A stretch of DNA of 41,632 nt from a virus. Its lineage: Duplodnaviria; Heunggongvirae; Uroviricota; Caudoviricetes. Shown piece by piece: positions 1-8,782 of this stretch; position 1 is the first letter of the stretch; the number at the start of each line of letters is the position of its first letter. The stretch covers positions 1-41,632 of the IMG/VR virus record IMGVR_UViG_2547132279_000012. One strand, given 5' to 3'. The notes below the pieces were generated by a model that worked only from the letters and a program-made list of their open reading frames with translations, was not told the DNA's origin and did not search any database. The position numbers and the translations under genes were made by a program.

Positions 1-1254
1 ATGCTGGAACAAATGGGCATTGCCGCGAAGCAAGCCTCGTATAAATTAGCGCAACTCTCCAGCCGCGAAAAAAATCGCGTGCTGGAAAAAATCGCCGATG
101 AACTGGAAGCACAAAGCGAAATCATCCTCAACGCTAACGCCCAGGATGTTGCTGACGCGCGTGCCAATGGCCTTGGCGAAGCGATGCTTGACCGTCTGGC
201 ACTGACGCCCGCACGGCTGAAAGGCATTGCCGATGATGTGCGCCAGGTGTGTAACCTCGCCGATCCGGTGGGGCAGGTAATCGATGGCAGCGTACTGGAC
301 AGCGGCCTGCGTCTTGAGCGTCGTCGCGTGCCGCTGGGGGTGATTGGCGTGATTTATGAAGCGCGCCCGAACGTGACGGTTGATGTCGCTTCGCTGTGCC
401 TGAAAACCGGTAATGCGGTGATCCTGCGTGGTGGCAAAGAAACCTGTCGCACTAACGCGGCAACGGTGGCGGTGATTCAGGACGCCTTGAAATCCTGTGG
501 CTTACCGGCGGGTGCCGTGCAGGCGATTGATAATCCTGACCGTGCGCTGGTCAGTGAAATGCTGCGTATGGATAAATACATCGACATGCTGATCCCGCGC
601 GGCGGGGCTGGTTTGCATAAACTGTGCCGCGAACAGTCGACAATCCCGGTGATCACAGGTGGTATAGGCGTATGCCATATTTACGTTGATGAAAGCGCAG
701 AGATCGCTGAAGCATTAAAAGTGATCGTCAACGCGAAAACTCAGCGACCGAGCACATGTAATACGGTAGAAACGTTGCTGGTGAATAAAAACATCGCCGA
801 TAGCTTCCTGCCCGCATTAAGCAAACAAATGGCGGAAAGCGGCGTGACATTACACGCAGATGCAGCTGCGCTGGCGCAGTTGCAGACAGGCCCTGCGAAG
901 GTGGTGGCGGTTAAAGCCGAAGAGTATGACGATGAATTTCTGTCATTAGATTTGAACGTTAAAATCGTCAGCGATCTTGACGATGCCATCGCCCATATTC
1001 GTGAACACGGCACACAACACTCCGATGCGATCCTGACCCGCGATATGCGCAACGCCCAGCGTTTTGTTAACGAAGTGGATTCGTCCGCTGTTTACGTTAA
1101 CGCCTCTACGCGTTTTACCGACGGCGGCCAGTTTGGTCTGGGTGCGGAAGTGGCGGTAAGCACACAAAAACTCCACGCGCGTGGCCCAATGGGGCTGGAA
1201 GCACTGACCACTTACAAGTGGATCGGCATTGGTGATTACACCATTCGTGCGTAA
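1..1254 (+). CDS. proA: gamma-glutamyl phosphate reductase (proline biosynthesis)
   Basis: Complete 417 aa ORF; translation matches my recollection of enterobacterial ProA along its length; host GC and codon usage. Confidence 0.95.
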   Translation: MLEQMGIAAKQASYKLAQLSSREKNRVLEKIADELEAQSEIILNANAQDVADARANGLGEAMLDRLALTPARLKGIADDVRQVCNLADPVGQVIDGSVLDSGLRLERRRVPLGVIGVIYEARPNVTVDVASLCLKTGNAVILRGGKETCRTNAATVAVIQDALKSCGLPAGAVQAIDNPDRALVSEMLRMDKYIDMLIPRGGAGLHKLCREQSTIPVITGGIGVCHIYVDESAEIAEALKVIVNAKTQRPSTCNTVETLLVNKNIADSFLPALSKQMAESGVTLHADAAALAQLQTGPAKVVAVKAEEYDDEFLSLDLNVKIVSDLDDAIAHIREHGTQHSDAILTRDMRNAQRFVNEVDSSAVYVNASTRFTDGGQFGLGAEVAVSTQKLHARGPMGLEALTTYKWIGIGDYTIRA

Positions 1255-1368
1255 ATAAAACCGGGTGATGCAAAAGTAGCCATTTGATTCACAAGGCCAT
1301 TGACGCATCGCCCGGTTAGTTTTAACCTTGTCCACCGTGATTCACGTTCGTGAACATGTCCTTTCAGG

Positions 1369-1444
1369 GCCGATATAGCTCAGTTGGTAGAGCAGCGCAT
1401 TCGTAATGCGAAGGTCGTAGGTTCGACTCCTATTATCGGCACCA
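1369..1444 (+). tRNA. thrW: tRNA-Thr (anticodon CGU), prophage attachment target
   Basis: 76 nt cloverleaf sequence GCCGATATAGCTCAGTTGGTAGAGCAGCGCATTCGTAATGCGAAGGTCGTAGGTTCGACTCCTATTATCGGCACCA with a CGT anticodon loop and 3' CCA; an integrase gene ends 15 bp downstream. Confidence 0.9.
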
Positions 1445-1458
1445 TTTAAATCAATAAG

Positions 1459-2622
1459 TTACACATCATTAGTACCTTCCTTATTTTTTGACTGGGACAA
1501 ATTTGGGACCGATGGGTTCAGGATCGAGTCTATTTGCCGTGCGTGTTCGGTAAGGTGATTAGGTGCAAGGTGAGCATATCGACGAACCATTTCGATAGAC
1601 TCCCAGCCTCCCATTTCCTGTAACACTGACAACGGGACTCCGGCTTGAACCAGCCAACTTGCCCAGGTGTGTCTCAAGTCGTGAAATCTGAAATCATCAA
1701 TACCAGCCCGTCTCAGCGCCGCTTTCCAGGCTGTGTTTGCGTCATACCGCATCTTCCTTACTGTTGGCGCTTTCGTTCCGTCTGGTTTGGTACAGCTTTC
1801 CTTGTACACAAATACCCAACGGTGATGATTCCCGATTTGTTTTTTCAGTACGCGACATGCAGTATCATTCAGCGCAACGCCAATTGCGCGGTTTGATTTA
1901 CTCTCTTCCGGGTTTATCCATGCCACCCGGCGCTGCATATCTATTTGTTGCCATTCAAGGTTGATGATGTTCGAGCGTCTTAGGCCTGTTGCCAGTGCAA
2001 ATTCAACAACAGACTTTAATGGCTCCGGACATTCATCAATCAGTCTTTGTGCTTCATGGGGCTCCAGCCAGCGGATCCGTTTATTCTTTGGTTGGGGCAC
2101 TTTAATAATTGGTGCCTTATCCAGCATTTTCCATTCACGCTCTGCGGCTCTTAGTAGGGCCTTTATAAATGAAAGATGCATAGCCTTCGTTGCAACGGAC
2201 GCTGGTTTTGGCGTGTATTCTGGAACAGGTTTCCCTTTTTTTCTGCATGCTTCTGCCCTGAGTTTCCAGTTTTCCTCATGACGCCGGTTCGTCATTTTCT
2301 GCATTGCTGAATAAATTTTTGATTCAGTAATGTCTCTTAGTTGCATTCCTGCGAAATGTTGAAGCCAGAATCCGATCCGGCTTTTGTCATCGTCCAGTGA
2401 TTTTTTATGTGCTTTCTCTTCAAGCCACCTGACACACGCTTCCTCGAACGTTATATCAGGTATTTCACCAAGTTTGCTGACCCGCCATGCTTCAGCCTTT
2501 AGCTTGTCATGGAGTTCTGTCGCCTGCCTTTTGTCCTTTGTTCCAAGAGACTGTTTAAATCTTTTACCGTTCGGCAATGTGAAACTGGCGTACCATATTT
2601 CACCTCTGCGGAAGAGTGACAT
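1459..2622 (-). CDS. int: Tyrosine-type phage integrase (P22-like)
   Basis: 387 aa; C-terminal catalytic region with R...HDLRHTWAS...RRYAHL (R, H-x-x-R, Y) tyrosine-recombinase signature; position directly beside the tRNA. Confidence 0.9.
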   Translation of the reverse strand: MSLFRRGEIWYASFTLPNGKRFKQSLGTKDKRQATELHDKLKAEAWRVSKLGEIPDITFEEACVRWLEEKAHKKSLDDDKSRIGFWLQHFAGMQLRDITESKIYSAMQKMTNRRHEENWKLRAEACRKKGKPVPEYTPKPASVATKAMHLSFIKALLRAAEREWKMLDKAPIIKVPQPKNKRIRWLEPHEAQRLIDECPEPLKSVVEFALATGLRRSNIINLEWQQIDMQRRVAWINPEESKSNRAIGVALNDTACRVLKKQIGNHHRWVFVYKESCTKPDGTKAPTVRKMRYDANTAWKAALRRAGIDDFRFHDLRHTWASWLVQAGVPLSVLQEMGGWESIEMVRRYAHLAPNHLTEHARQIDSILNPSVPNLSQSKNKEGTNDV

Positions 2623-2849
2623 TTTCTTTCCTCTGTTATGCCATCACCCGCGCTCACCTGGACAGTATGCAGCGGAGACTGAAGAGCCGCAATGCAGGCT
2701 TGTCGTGTTGTGAGGTAAGGAGATTTATTCTTAGTGGGATCTTTGCGTGTTGCCTGAAGACGCCCTGTGCGTATCCAGTTAATGGCAGTCGGTCTGGATA
2801 TCTTGAGAAAATGACAGGCCTCATCGAGTGTGAGGCTGTATGGCTCCAT
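2499..2849 (-). CDS. xis: Excisionase (Xis-like, 116 aa from internal start MEPYSL...)
   Basis: Small basic protein directly upstream of int; start chosen at the ATG that overlaps the stop of the upstream gene; the 3' end overlaps int by about 124 bp. Confidence 0.55.
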   Translation of the reverse strand: MEPYSLTLDEACHFLKISRPTAINWIRTGRLQATRKDPTKNKSPYLTTRQACIAALQSPLHTVQVSAGDGITEERKCHSSAEVKYGTPVSHCRTVKDLNSLLEQRTKGRRQNSMTS

Positions 2850-3154
2850 TATTTCACCTCTTGCTGTGACATTGTTGAAAAATGGATACCAGCTCGTTGC
2901 TGCCAGACGATCCAACCGAGAGTCATATCCCATGCCATGTATTCGTTAGCGCCGTTTTTTGCTCTCCGACGATCTACTAAGTCACCGAAACGCTTTTCCA
3001 TGAATAATTCATAAGCTTCGCGTTCATCTGGTTCTACTTCCAGAGATAGGAGTGCGATTTCATAAGCACGGCGCTCAATATCGTCTCGCACGTCAAGGCT
3101 GCTGATACGCTCTTTAATTTCTTTAATCAGTTCTTTGTCGGTAAAAGTGGTCAT
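2849..3154 (-). CDS. Hypothetical early-left protein (YfdT-like, 101 aa)
   Basis: ORF with plausible composition, translationally coupled to its neighbours; resembles the CPS-53 yfd cluster by size and order. Confidence 0.5.
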   Translation of the reverse strand: MTTFTDKELIKEIKERISSLDVRDDIERRAYEIALLSLEVEPDEREAYELFMEKRFGDLVDRRRAKNGANEYMAWDMTLGWIVWQQRAGIHFSTMSQQEVK

Positions 3155-3516
3155 TATGCTCCAGCCTCCGGTGCTTTTGGCATTACTGCCCAGTGAGTGA
3201 TATTGACGTTTTCAAGGTCCCCGACCTGAAATGTCCACTGCCATTCTCCGGTTTCTTTTTGTCCCCAGGTGTACCAGAGAGAACGCCAGCCAATTAGCCA
3301 GCCTTCTCCGTTAGCATCGAATAACAAAACACTTTCATTTGCTGGTGGCAGTTCAGTTGACACTGGTATTACTTTGTTTTCCTGTGCTGCACATTTAGCT
3401 TCAAGCGCATCGAATTTACGCACCAGGTATTCAGCATCTGTTTCATTTACTTTCAGATCTCGCGGTACACATCTCCCACGAAGAAACCCTTCCATTTCGA
3501 AAACATTCATGCGCAT
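3154..3516 (-). CDS. Hypothetical early-left protein (YfdS-like, 120 aa)
   Basis: ORF in an operon with flanking genes; stop/start overlaps with neighbours. Confidence 0.5.
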   Translation of the reverse strand: MRMNVFEMEGFLRGRCVPRDLKVNETDAEYLVRKFDALEAKCAAQENKVIPVSTELPPANESVLLFDANGEGWLIGWRSLWYTWGQKETGEWQWTFQVGDLENVNITHWAVMPKAPEAGA

Positions 3517-4043
3517 TTGCGTAACTCCGATAACTCGTTAAAGCGTTCCATAAACATCCCGTAGGCATGGCCCGGTGCCAGTGGAATCACGTTGAACATC
3601 TCTGTTGCCGGGATACCTTCCAGTACAGGCCAGAAAGAGCCATCATCAAGCCCGAGATCGCGGCGTTCGGTTGCCAGCATGATGAGATCGGCATATTTCA
3701 CGGGCGTACTCATAACTGGGGGTAACCCGTATTTCTCACGGATTACGGCGTCTATTTTTTCTTCCATTTGTTTATAGTCAGGAAGAAGGCGTTTCAGTGG
3801 TGCGGGAATGTCCTGGCAATACGCTTCTGTTGCATCATGCATTAACGCTTCAAAAGCAAATTCCTGCGGCACCAGCTGGCTGCAAAGAACCGCATGTTGG
3901 GCGACGCTGTAGAAGTGCGAAAGATGACCGGCAAAGCGACAGATATTTGAAAGGGAAACCGCGATATCGTTAATATCGATGTCGTCTTTATTTATCCTGT
4001 CATAATAAAAATGCTTCCCGGAAAAAGTTTTAATAAATGACAT
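3507..4043 (-). CDS. HD-domain phosphohydrolase (YfdR-like, 178 aa from MSFIKTF...)
   Basis: H..HD-type metal-binding motifs (AGHLSHF ... ALMHDATEAY) typical of HD hydrolases; size matches YfdR. Confidence 0.7.
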   Translation of the reverse strand: MSFIKTFSGKHFYYDRINKDDIDINDIAVSLSNICRFAGHLSHFYSVAQHAVLCSQLVPQEFAFEALMHDATEAYCQDIPAPLKRLLPDYKQMEEKIDAVIREKYGLPPVMSTPVKYADLIMLATERRDLGLDDGSFWPVLEGIPATEMFNVIPLAPGHAYGMFMERFNELSELRKCA

Positions 4044-4170
4044 TTTGTTCTCCACGTATATGCGCTGCACCGCGCTGAATTCTGGCAAAAAGAATCCCTC
4101 ACCATCCGGCGATTATTGAGTAAATTACGTTTCCATAAATGCCCCCGCAGGGGCATTTGCAGTAATGAAA

Positions 4171-4995
4171 TCAGGCGGTGAAAGTACCAATAAAGGTTTC
4201 TACTTTGCTGTCCTTGAATTTCTCAACAAGCAGATCACGAAATTCGTTAGCCATTTCTTCCTGCACCGCCTCCAGCTGAATAATGCGCAGAACCAGTACA
4301 GGACGATCGCCAGTGATAATACTGAGGCGTAATTTAAACGGACGTTCTTTCAGACCTTCAAACGGAACGCATTTAAATTCAAATGCCACTGGCATAATGT
4401 CTTTGGTCTTCGCTTCGACAGACTCCATCAGGGAGCGTTTGCCACTGAAGTCATTATCTTCAAAATCAGCGGTCTGGTTTGCTTCAATCGTGATTTTACG
4501 GACAGCCGCAGCCGCTTTTGTTGCCTGAATAGCGTCACCATTAGCATCAAAGCCCACAAGATAGTCGGCCCAGTCTTCAATCCATTCTGCCAGTGACTTC
4601 TGGGAGTTACGCTCGCCGTTAACAGACAACAGAGCAGAGAACGGTGCTGTCTTTTTCAGTTTGAGTGTGGCGGTGTTATCTGCGTGACCTGGTTCATCAA
4701 TAGTACCCAGGTTAAGCACACTGACGGCACGCATATTATCAGCATCGATAAAGCAGCGGGTGCCTTCATCTGCAAGATCTTTAGAATAACGGGTAAAGTC
4801 ATCGATACTGGCAGTGGAAAGCGCACCACGGAAACGGAAGCGATTTAAATTAAATTTTTCCAGATCATGAATGCGGAAATTCTCAGGCAATGCCACAGCA
4901 TCGGCACCAATCTTACTGATAATTTCATTAACACCCTGAGCAGAAATAAGGGCATGGATTTGATTAATTGCGGTTGCGTCTAAGTTCTGAGACAT
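4171..4995 (-). CDS. YfdQ-like protein (DUF2303 family, 274 aa)
   Basis: 274 aa ORF; recalled similarity to prophage YfdQ; same operon context. Confidence 0.6.
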   Translation of the reverse strand: MSQNLDATAINQIHALISAQGVNEIISKIGADAVALPENFRIHDLEKFNLNRFRFRGALSTASIDDFTRYSKDLADEGTRCFIDADNMRAVSVLNLGTIDEPGHADNTATLKLKKTAPFSALLSVNGERNSQKSLAEWIEDWADYLVGFDANGDAIQATKAAAAVRKITIEANQTADFEDNDFSGKRSLMESVEAKTKDIMPVAFEFKCVPFEGLKERPFKLRLSIITGDRPVLVLRIIQLEAVQEEMANEFRDLLVEKFKDSKVETFIGTFTA

Positions 4996-5060
4996 AATAA
5001 GTCCTCACTATATAAAGATATTCAGTGATGAGATAAATAATCAGTTAATTAAAAACGATA

Positions 5061-5423
5061 TTAACGACCTGCTGCGCGGAGTTTTCCGTCAGGTTCACCG
5101 GCAAGAGTCAGTAACTGTCCCTGGTCTTCCTGCAGAATAGTCAGGCGACCACCGCGATTGACATACATCGGCGTTTCGGTGGTGTCTTCTTCGGAAATTT
5201 TCCCGCGGTTAGTCGGGCGAACATATGAGAGTTTGTGTTTGATTTTCACTCGGTTCTCATCAAACGGTTCGATTTCCAGGTTGAGCGAGACCTTACCTTT
5301 GGTTTTCGTGTTCATCACACCGGAAGCGACTTCACTGAGAACTGCGCCGATTTTGGTTTCAAATACGCCGCCGTCCAGCTCCCCGATAAATGCCTGCACA
5401 TCAGTACTGCGTTCGCTAGCCAT
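5061..5423 (-). CDS. YfdP-like small protein (120 aa, start MASERS...)
   Basis: Start at the ATG preceded by an AGGAG RBS; the upstream part of the longer six-frame ORF runs through the structured non-coding region and is not protein-like. Confidence 0.55.
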   Translation of the reverse strand: MASERSTDVQAFIGELDGGVFETKIGAVLSEVASGVMNTKTKGKVSLNLEIEPFDENRVKIKHKLSYVRPTNRGKISEEDTTETPMYVNRGGRLTILQEDQGQLLTLAGEPDGKLRAAGR

Positions 5424-5891
5424 TTTGCTGCTCCTCATCATATCGACCCTGCAAGGTCGGTTAGTTTCTCCACAAAACAGAGAAGAACACCTGCGGTGAC
5501 TGCCGCCCGGATGGATTGGGTTATGAGCCCGTCGTCCGGTGATGCTCTTCTCTGTTTTGTAAAAAGGACGGTACCAGCCGGAAGCAAGGGTACAAGCTGG
5601 TACCGCCAAGACTACACACAGCATAAAGTTGTGGTGCCGGGTGCCTCCCGGTGCCTGGCGAAGGTTGCACACCAGGCGGGTGGGTATCCACAGAAGGTCG
5701 ACTGTCAGCCTCAACCTTAACCCGCGTGCGCTGAGCCGCATTCACCACAACGCTAAGGATTCTCTCTGGTTGAAAATACTTAGCTGTTATGTGCCTGCTT
5801 TTAGCCACATCAGGCGAGGTGGACCTAGTTATTCCCCAACAACAAGGATTCGGTTAATCTGGTTATCCCCAACAACGCAAAAGGAAAAGAA
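5424..5891. other. GC-rich, highly structured non-coding region (candidate structured RNA or DNA element)
   Basis: No credible ORF in any frame; 15 bp perfect inverted repeat (5472-5486 / 5546-5560), 9 bp GGTACCAGC/GCTGGTACC hairpin (5570-5604), several further GC hairpins. Confidence 0.3.
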
Positions 5892-6326
5892 ATGTCCGGT
5901 AATATCTATACGCTGTACAAATCCCACTGTGAAAATGTTGGAAAGTATCGGGGCATTGAAATCAGTGGGGTAGTGTCATCAGTCGAAATAAGCAAAGTTG
6001 AATCAAGGGCAACATTACTTACTCTTTTGGACCTTGTCTTACATGAGCACCGGAAGAAATTCGGCACTCCCTATAATCAGTTGAATGGGAAAAAGGCTCT
6101 GGTTCACCTTATTCTGATGAAGCATCACTGGATGCCAAAACAGATTAATGAGATGAAATTTGATGAACTTCTTCTTTCAATTCAGGATGAACTCACACTT
6201 GATAAAATAAGCGTAACCGCCCAGAAATTTTTAGATTATCGAGACTGGAGATCACAAATTCATCACTTTGATGATTTTGACGAAAATGAATGGGATCCTA
6301 ATTTGTCTGCACAATATCTAAAGTAA
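5892..6326 (+). CDS. Hypothetical protein (144 aa), AT-rich moron transcribed against the early-left operon
   Basis: ORF with ATG start just after the direct repeats and a purine-rich leader; lower GC than flanking genes. Confidence 0.5.
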   Translation: MSGNIYTLYKSHCENVGKYRGIEISGVVSSVEISKVESRATLLTLLDLVLHEHRKKFGTPYNQLNGKKALVHLILMKHHWMPKQINEMKFDELLLSIQDELTLDKISVTAQKFLDYRDWRSQIHHFDDFDENEWDPNLSAQYLK

Positions 6327-6504
6327 CATCCTGTGATAAAACCGTGATTTCCTGATCCAGTTTTTTTAAAGAGTCTATTGTTTCCTGTCGATAAGACAGC
6401 ACTTCACGAAGCTGGTTTATAGCTGCCAGCTTCTTTGTCATCCACTCATAAATTTCCTCATCTGTGTAGCCAGGCGCGACGATTTTGGGTTCTGTTTTGT
6501 GCAT
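6298..6504 (-). CDS. Hypothetical small protein (68 aa, start MHKTEPK...)
   Basis: GAGGAG RBS 8 nt upstream of the ATG; first gene position of the leftward early operon; 3' end overlaps the 5892..6326 gene by 29 bp. Confidence 0.35.
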   Translation of the reverse strand: MHKTEPKIVAPGYTDEEIYEWMTKKLAAINQLREVLSYRQETIDSLKKLDQEITVLSQDVTLDIVQTN

Positions 6505-6563
6505 TTCACATCTCCTCAAGTTATCAGTTACTTGTTGATGGGGACCAGATTGTTAAAGAGCTA

Positions 6564-6590
6564 AGCGTCCTGTAGGGCGCTTTTTTGTTG
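6564..6590 (+). terminator. Rho-independent terminator (plus strand)
   Basis: 7 bp GC-rich stem AGCGTCC/GGGCGCT with TGTA loop followed by TTTTTTGTTG. Confidence 0.45.
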
Positions 6591-6752
6591 CTAACGAATC
6601 ATCCTGGACTTCATATGCCCCAGGCGGCTACTTCGTGGGCGTCCTGCCTGTTCGTTTTTGACATTTACTGACTGCTTACGACACATGCACCGTGTTGCAA
6701 CCAGATTTTGTTGTAATCCGGTAGTTGGTCTGGAACAAAAGATAAAATTAAA

Positions 6753-6789
6753 TTGCGAGATATGCAAGTAATATTTGCGAGGTATGCAA
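6753..6789. promoter_or_regulatory. Putative OL operators (two 15 bp TTGCGAG-N-TATGCAA sites) with leftward early promoter
   Basis: Near-identical imperfectly palindromic 15-mers TTGCGAGATATGCAA (6753-6767) and TTGCGAGGTATGCAA (6775-6789) upstream of the leftward operon; same TTGC...GCAA motif recurs in the cI-cro intergenic region. Confidence 0.45.
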
Positions 6790-6800
6790 ATTTATAGGTA

Positions 6801-6823
6801 TTAAAAAGCCACCTTTCGGTGGC
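6801..6823 (-). terminator. Rho-independent terminator downstream of the repressor gene
   Basis: Stem GCCACC/GGTGGC with TTTC loop followed by a T-run on the minus strand. Confidence 0.5.
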
Positions 6824-6843
6824 CGATGGATGGGATATTGAGG

Positions 6844-7536
6844 TTAATTATGTCTCTTAAGGGTTTGCGACTGACTGATTAAGACCTTTCCAAAGACCAT
6901 GAATCGGTGTTCGTTTTCGCTAGTAATTCCCCATTCACGGTAAATCTGGTTATCAGAAATCACCAGCAGTTTGTCAGGAATCATTTGAAGTCTTTTAACG
7001 TATATTTTGTCATCAAAACCAAAGACATATATACCATCACCATCAAACTGATTGATGCTGACATCAACGAAGATGAGATCTCCTGGCTCAATGGTTGGAC
7101 ACATACTGTCCCCACGAACGTTGATAACTTTGATGTGATTGGCTGGTCGTCCGCCGAACATTGATACAGCATTATCAGTTCTGTATTCGATGGCATGAAT
7201 CACATCAATGACATCACCGCCCTGGATAAGGCCATTTCCCGCACTGGCACTGATATCCAGCATTTCAATACGGAACACATCCTTCACCTGCGCAACATCC
7301 TCATTATTACTGTTTTTATATACAGTATTACTTTTGTGGGCAGAGGTAAAGAGATCAGCAATATCAACACCTAAGCTCTTGGCAATATTACTCAGTGTTT
7401 GTTCGGTAAATTGTTTTTGCTTACCCGTTTCTAAGCGCGAGATGTTCGCCGCATCTACTCCTATTGCTTCAGCGAGATCGGCGATTTTCATGTTCTTCGC
7501 TTGGCGAAGTTGTCTGACTCGGTTTCCTATGTTCAT
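6844..7536 (-). CDS. CI-type prophage repressor (HTH_XRE N-terminus plus LexA-like S24 peptidase C-terminus)
   Basis: N-terminal HTH (MKIADLAEAIGVDAANISRLETGK); C-terminal autocleavage domain with conserved Ser (GDSM) and Lys (VKRL); divergent from a cro-like gene. Confidence 0.9.
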   Translation of the reverse strand: MNIGNRVRQLRQAKNMKIADLAEAIGVDAANISRLETGKQKQFTEQTLSNIAKSLGVDIADLFTSAHKSNTVYKNSNNEDVAQVKDVFRIEMLDISASAGNGLIQGGDVIDVIHAIEYRTDNAVSMFGGRPANHIKVINVRGDSMCPTIEPGDLIFVDVSINQFDGDGIYVFGFDDKIYVKRLQMIPDKLLVISDNQIYREWGITSENEHRFMVFGKVLISQSQTLKRHN

Positions 7537-7556
7537 GCGTTTATTACATTTCTTTA

Positions 7557-7619
7557 TTGCGTGATAAGCAAATCAACTTGCGCAAAATAATTGCGTGAAA
7601 TAACATGCATAACGCGCAA
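7557..7619. promoter_or_regulatory. Putative OR operator cluster with divergent promoters between cI and cro
   Basis: Repeated TTGCG / CGCAA half-sites (TTGCGTGATAAGCAA at 7557-7571, TTGCGCAA, TTGCGTGA, CGCGCAA) in the 97 bp divergent intergenic region. Confidence 0.45.
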
Positions 7620-7633
7620 TATTTGGAGGTTAT

Positions 7634-7894
7634 ATGCAATCACCATTACGAAATGTGCGTAAGACGCATGGTTTCACTTTGCAGCATGTTGCTGCGGGTG
7701 TTCAAGTCAATCCAGCGACGTTGAGTCGTATTGAGAGGCTGGAGCAGATTCCATCTATCGAGCTTGCAGAACGTTTAGCCAATTTTTTTAAGGGTGAAGT
7801 CAGCGAAATGCAGATTCTTTATCCGGCACGTTTTCAATCTAGCCAAAACCAGAATGGGTTTAAACCACAGGAACAGGAGGTGAACCGTGGGTAA
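7634..7894 (+). CDS. Cro/YdaS-like HTH regulator
   Basis: 86 aa with HTH motif (FTLQHVAAGVQVNPATLSRIER); divergent from cI. Confidence 0.7.
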   Translation: MQSPLRNVRKTHGFTLQHVAAGVQVNPATLSRIERLEQIPSIELAERLANFFKGEVSEMQILYPARFQSSQNQNGFKPQEQEVNRG

Positions 7895-8438
7895 GCATCA
7901 CTGGAAAGTAGAAAAACAGCCTGAGTGGTACGTGAAAGCTGTCAGAAAAACTATCACAGCGTTGCCGGGGGGTTACGCTGAAGCTGCTGACTGGCTGGAT
8001 GTAACAGAGAACGCATTATTTAACCGCCTTCGTACCGATGGCGATCAGATTTTCCCGCTGGGATGGGCAATGATTTTGCAACGTGCTGGTGGAACTCACT
8101 TCATTGCTGACGCTGTGGCGCAGTCTGCAAATGGCGTCTTTGTGTCTCTTCCTGATGTCGAGGATGTGGACAACGCCGATATCAACCAACGCCTGCTGGA
8201 GGTCATTGAACAGATCGGCAGTTATTCAAAACAGATTCGTTCAGCAATTGAAGACGGTGTAGTGGAACCGCATGAGAAGACAGCAATTAACGACGAGCTG
8301 TACCTCTCAATTTCGAAGCTGCAGGAGCATGCAGCACTGGTCTACAAAATTTTTTGCATTTCAGAAAGTAATGACGCCCGCGAGTGTGCAGCTCCGGGCG
8401 CCGTGGCGTGTCGTGACTGTGGAGAAACTAACGCATGA
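7887..8438 (+). CDS. CII/YdaT-like early regulatory protein
   Basis: 183 aa ORF immediately after cro, overlapping start/stop; family assignment is from recall only. Confidence 0.45.
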   Translation: MGKHHWKVEKQPEWYVKAVRKTITALPGGYAEAADWLDVTENALFNRLRTDGDQIFPLGWAMILQRAGGTHFIADAVAQSANGVFVSLPDVEDVDNADINQRLLEVIEQIGSYSKQIRSAIEDGVVEPHEKTAINDELYLSISKLQEHAALVYKIFCISESNDARECAAPGAVACRDCGETNA

Positions 8439-8773
8439 ATAGTTTAACAACACACTACCGTCGCTCGCAACTGATTGCGCTTCCTGTACCGGGTGGAAAA
8501 GCGAAGGTGGAGTATTGCTATGCAGTAAATGTACCAGGTGGCAGGGTAATTGTAACCCACAGCTTTGCAGAGTGGGCTGTGGGTGATTTTAACCGGCAAA
8601 AGGAGACAGTCCTTTGCGACAAGTTAACCGCTGGTTCAAAGATCACTACGGAGTACCCGTCAGAGTCATTCGTTGGGAGCCGGAAACACAACGGGTTATC
8701 TACCTCCGCGAAGGCTATGAGCATGAATGCTTCAGTCCGCTCGAACAGTTTCGTCGTAAATTCAGGGAAATAG
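8435..8773 (+). CDS. Hypothetical protein; C-terminal half looks non-protein-like (possible frameshift, see findings)
   Basis: N-terminal roughly 57 aa protein-like; downstream S/T/N-rich translation while the -1 frame reads as a plausible protein to 8793. Confidence 0.3.
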   Translation: MNSLTTHYRRSQLIALPVPGGKAKVEYCYAVNVPGGRVIVTHSFAEWAVGDFNRQKETVLCDKLTAGSKITTEYPSESFVGSRKHNGLSTSAKAMSMNASVRSNSFVVNSGK

Positions 8774-8782
8774 AGGTCGGTC

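Noticed and set aside
5424-5891. Retron msr/msd interpretation of the inverted-repeat-rich region
   Set aside because: No reverse transcriptase gene adjacent; the 15 bp inverted repeat brackets only about 59 nt, shorter than typical msr-msd units. Kept as a generic structured element instead.
5061-5973. Six-frame ORFs spanning the structured region (5061..5741 upstream extension, 5158..5499, 5235..5720, 5521..5808, 5629..5973)
   Set aside because: Translations are Arg/Pro/Cys-rich with no protein-like character and overlap in several frames; they are by-products of GC-rich non-coding sequence. The real minus-strand gene starts at 5423.
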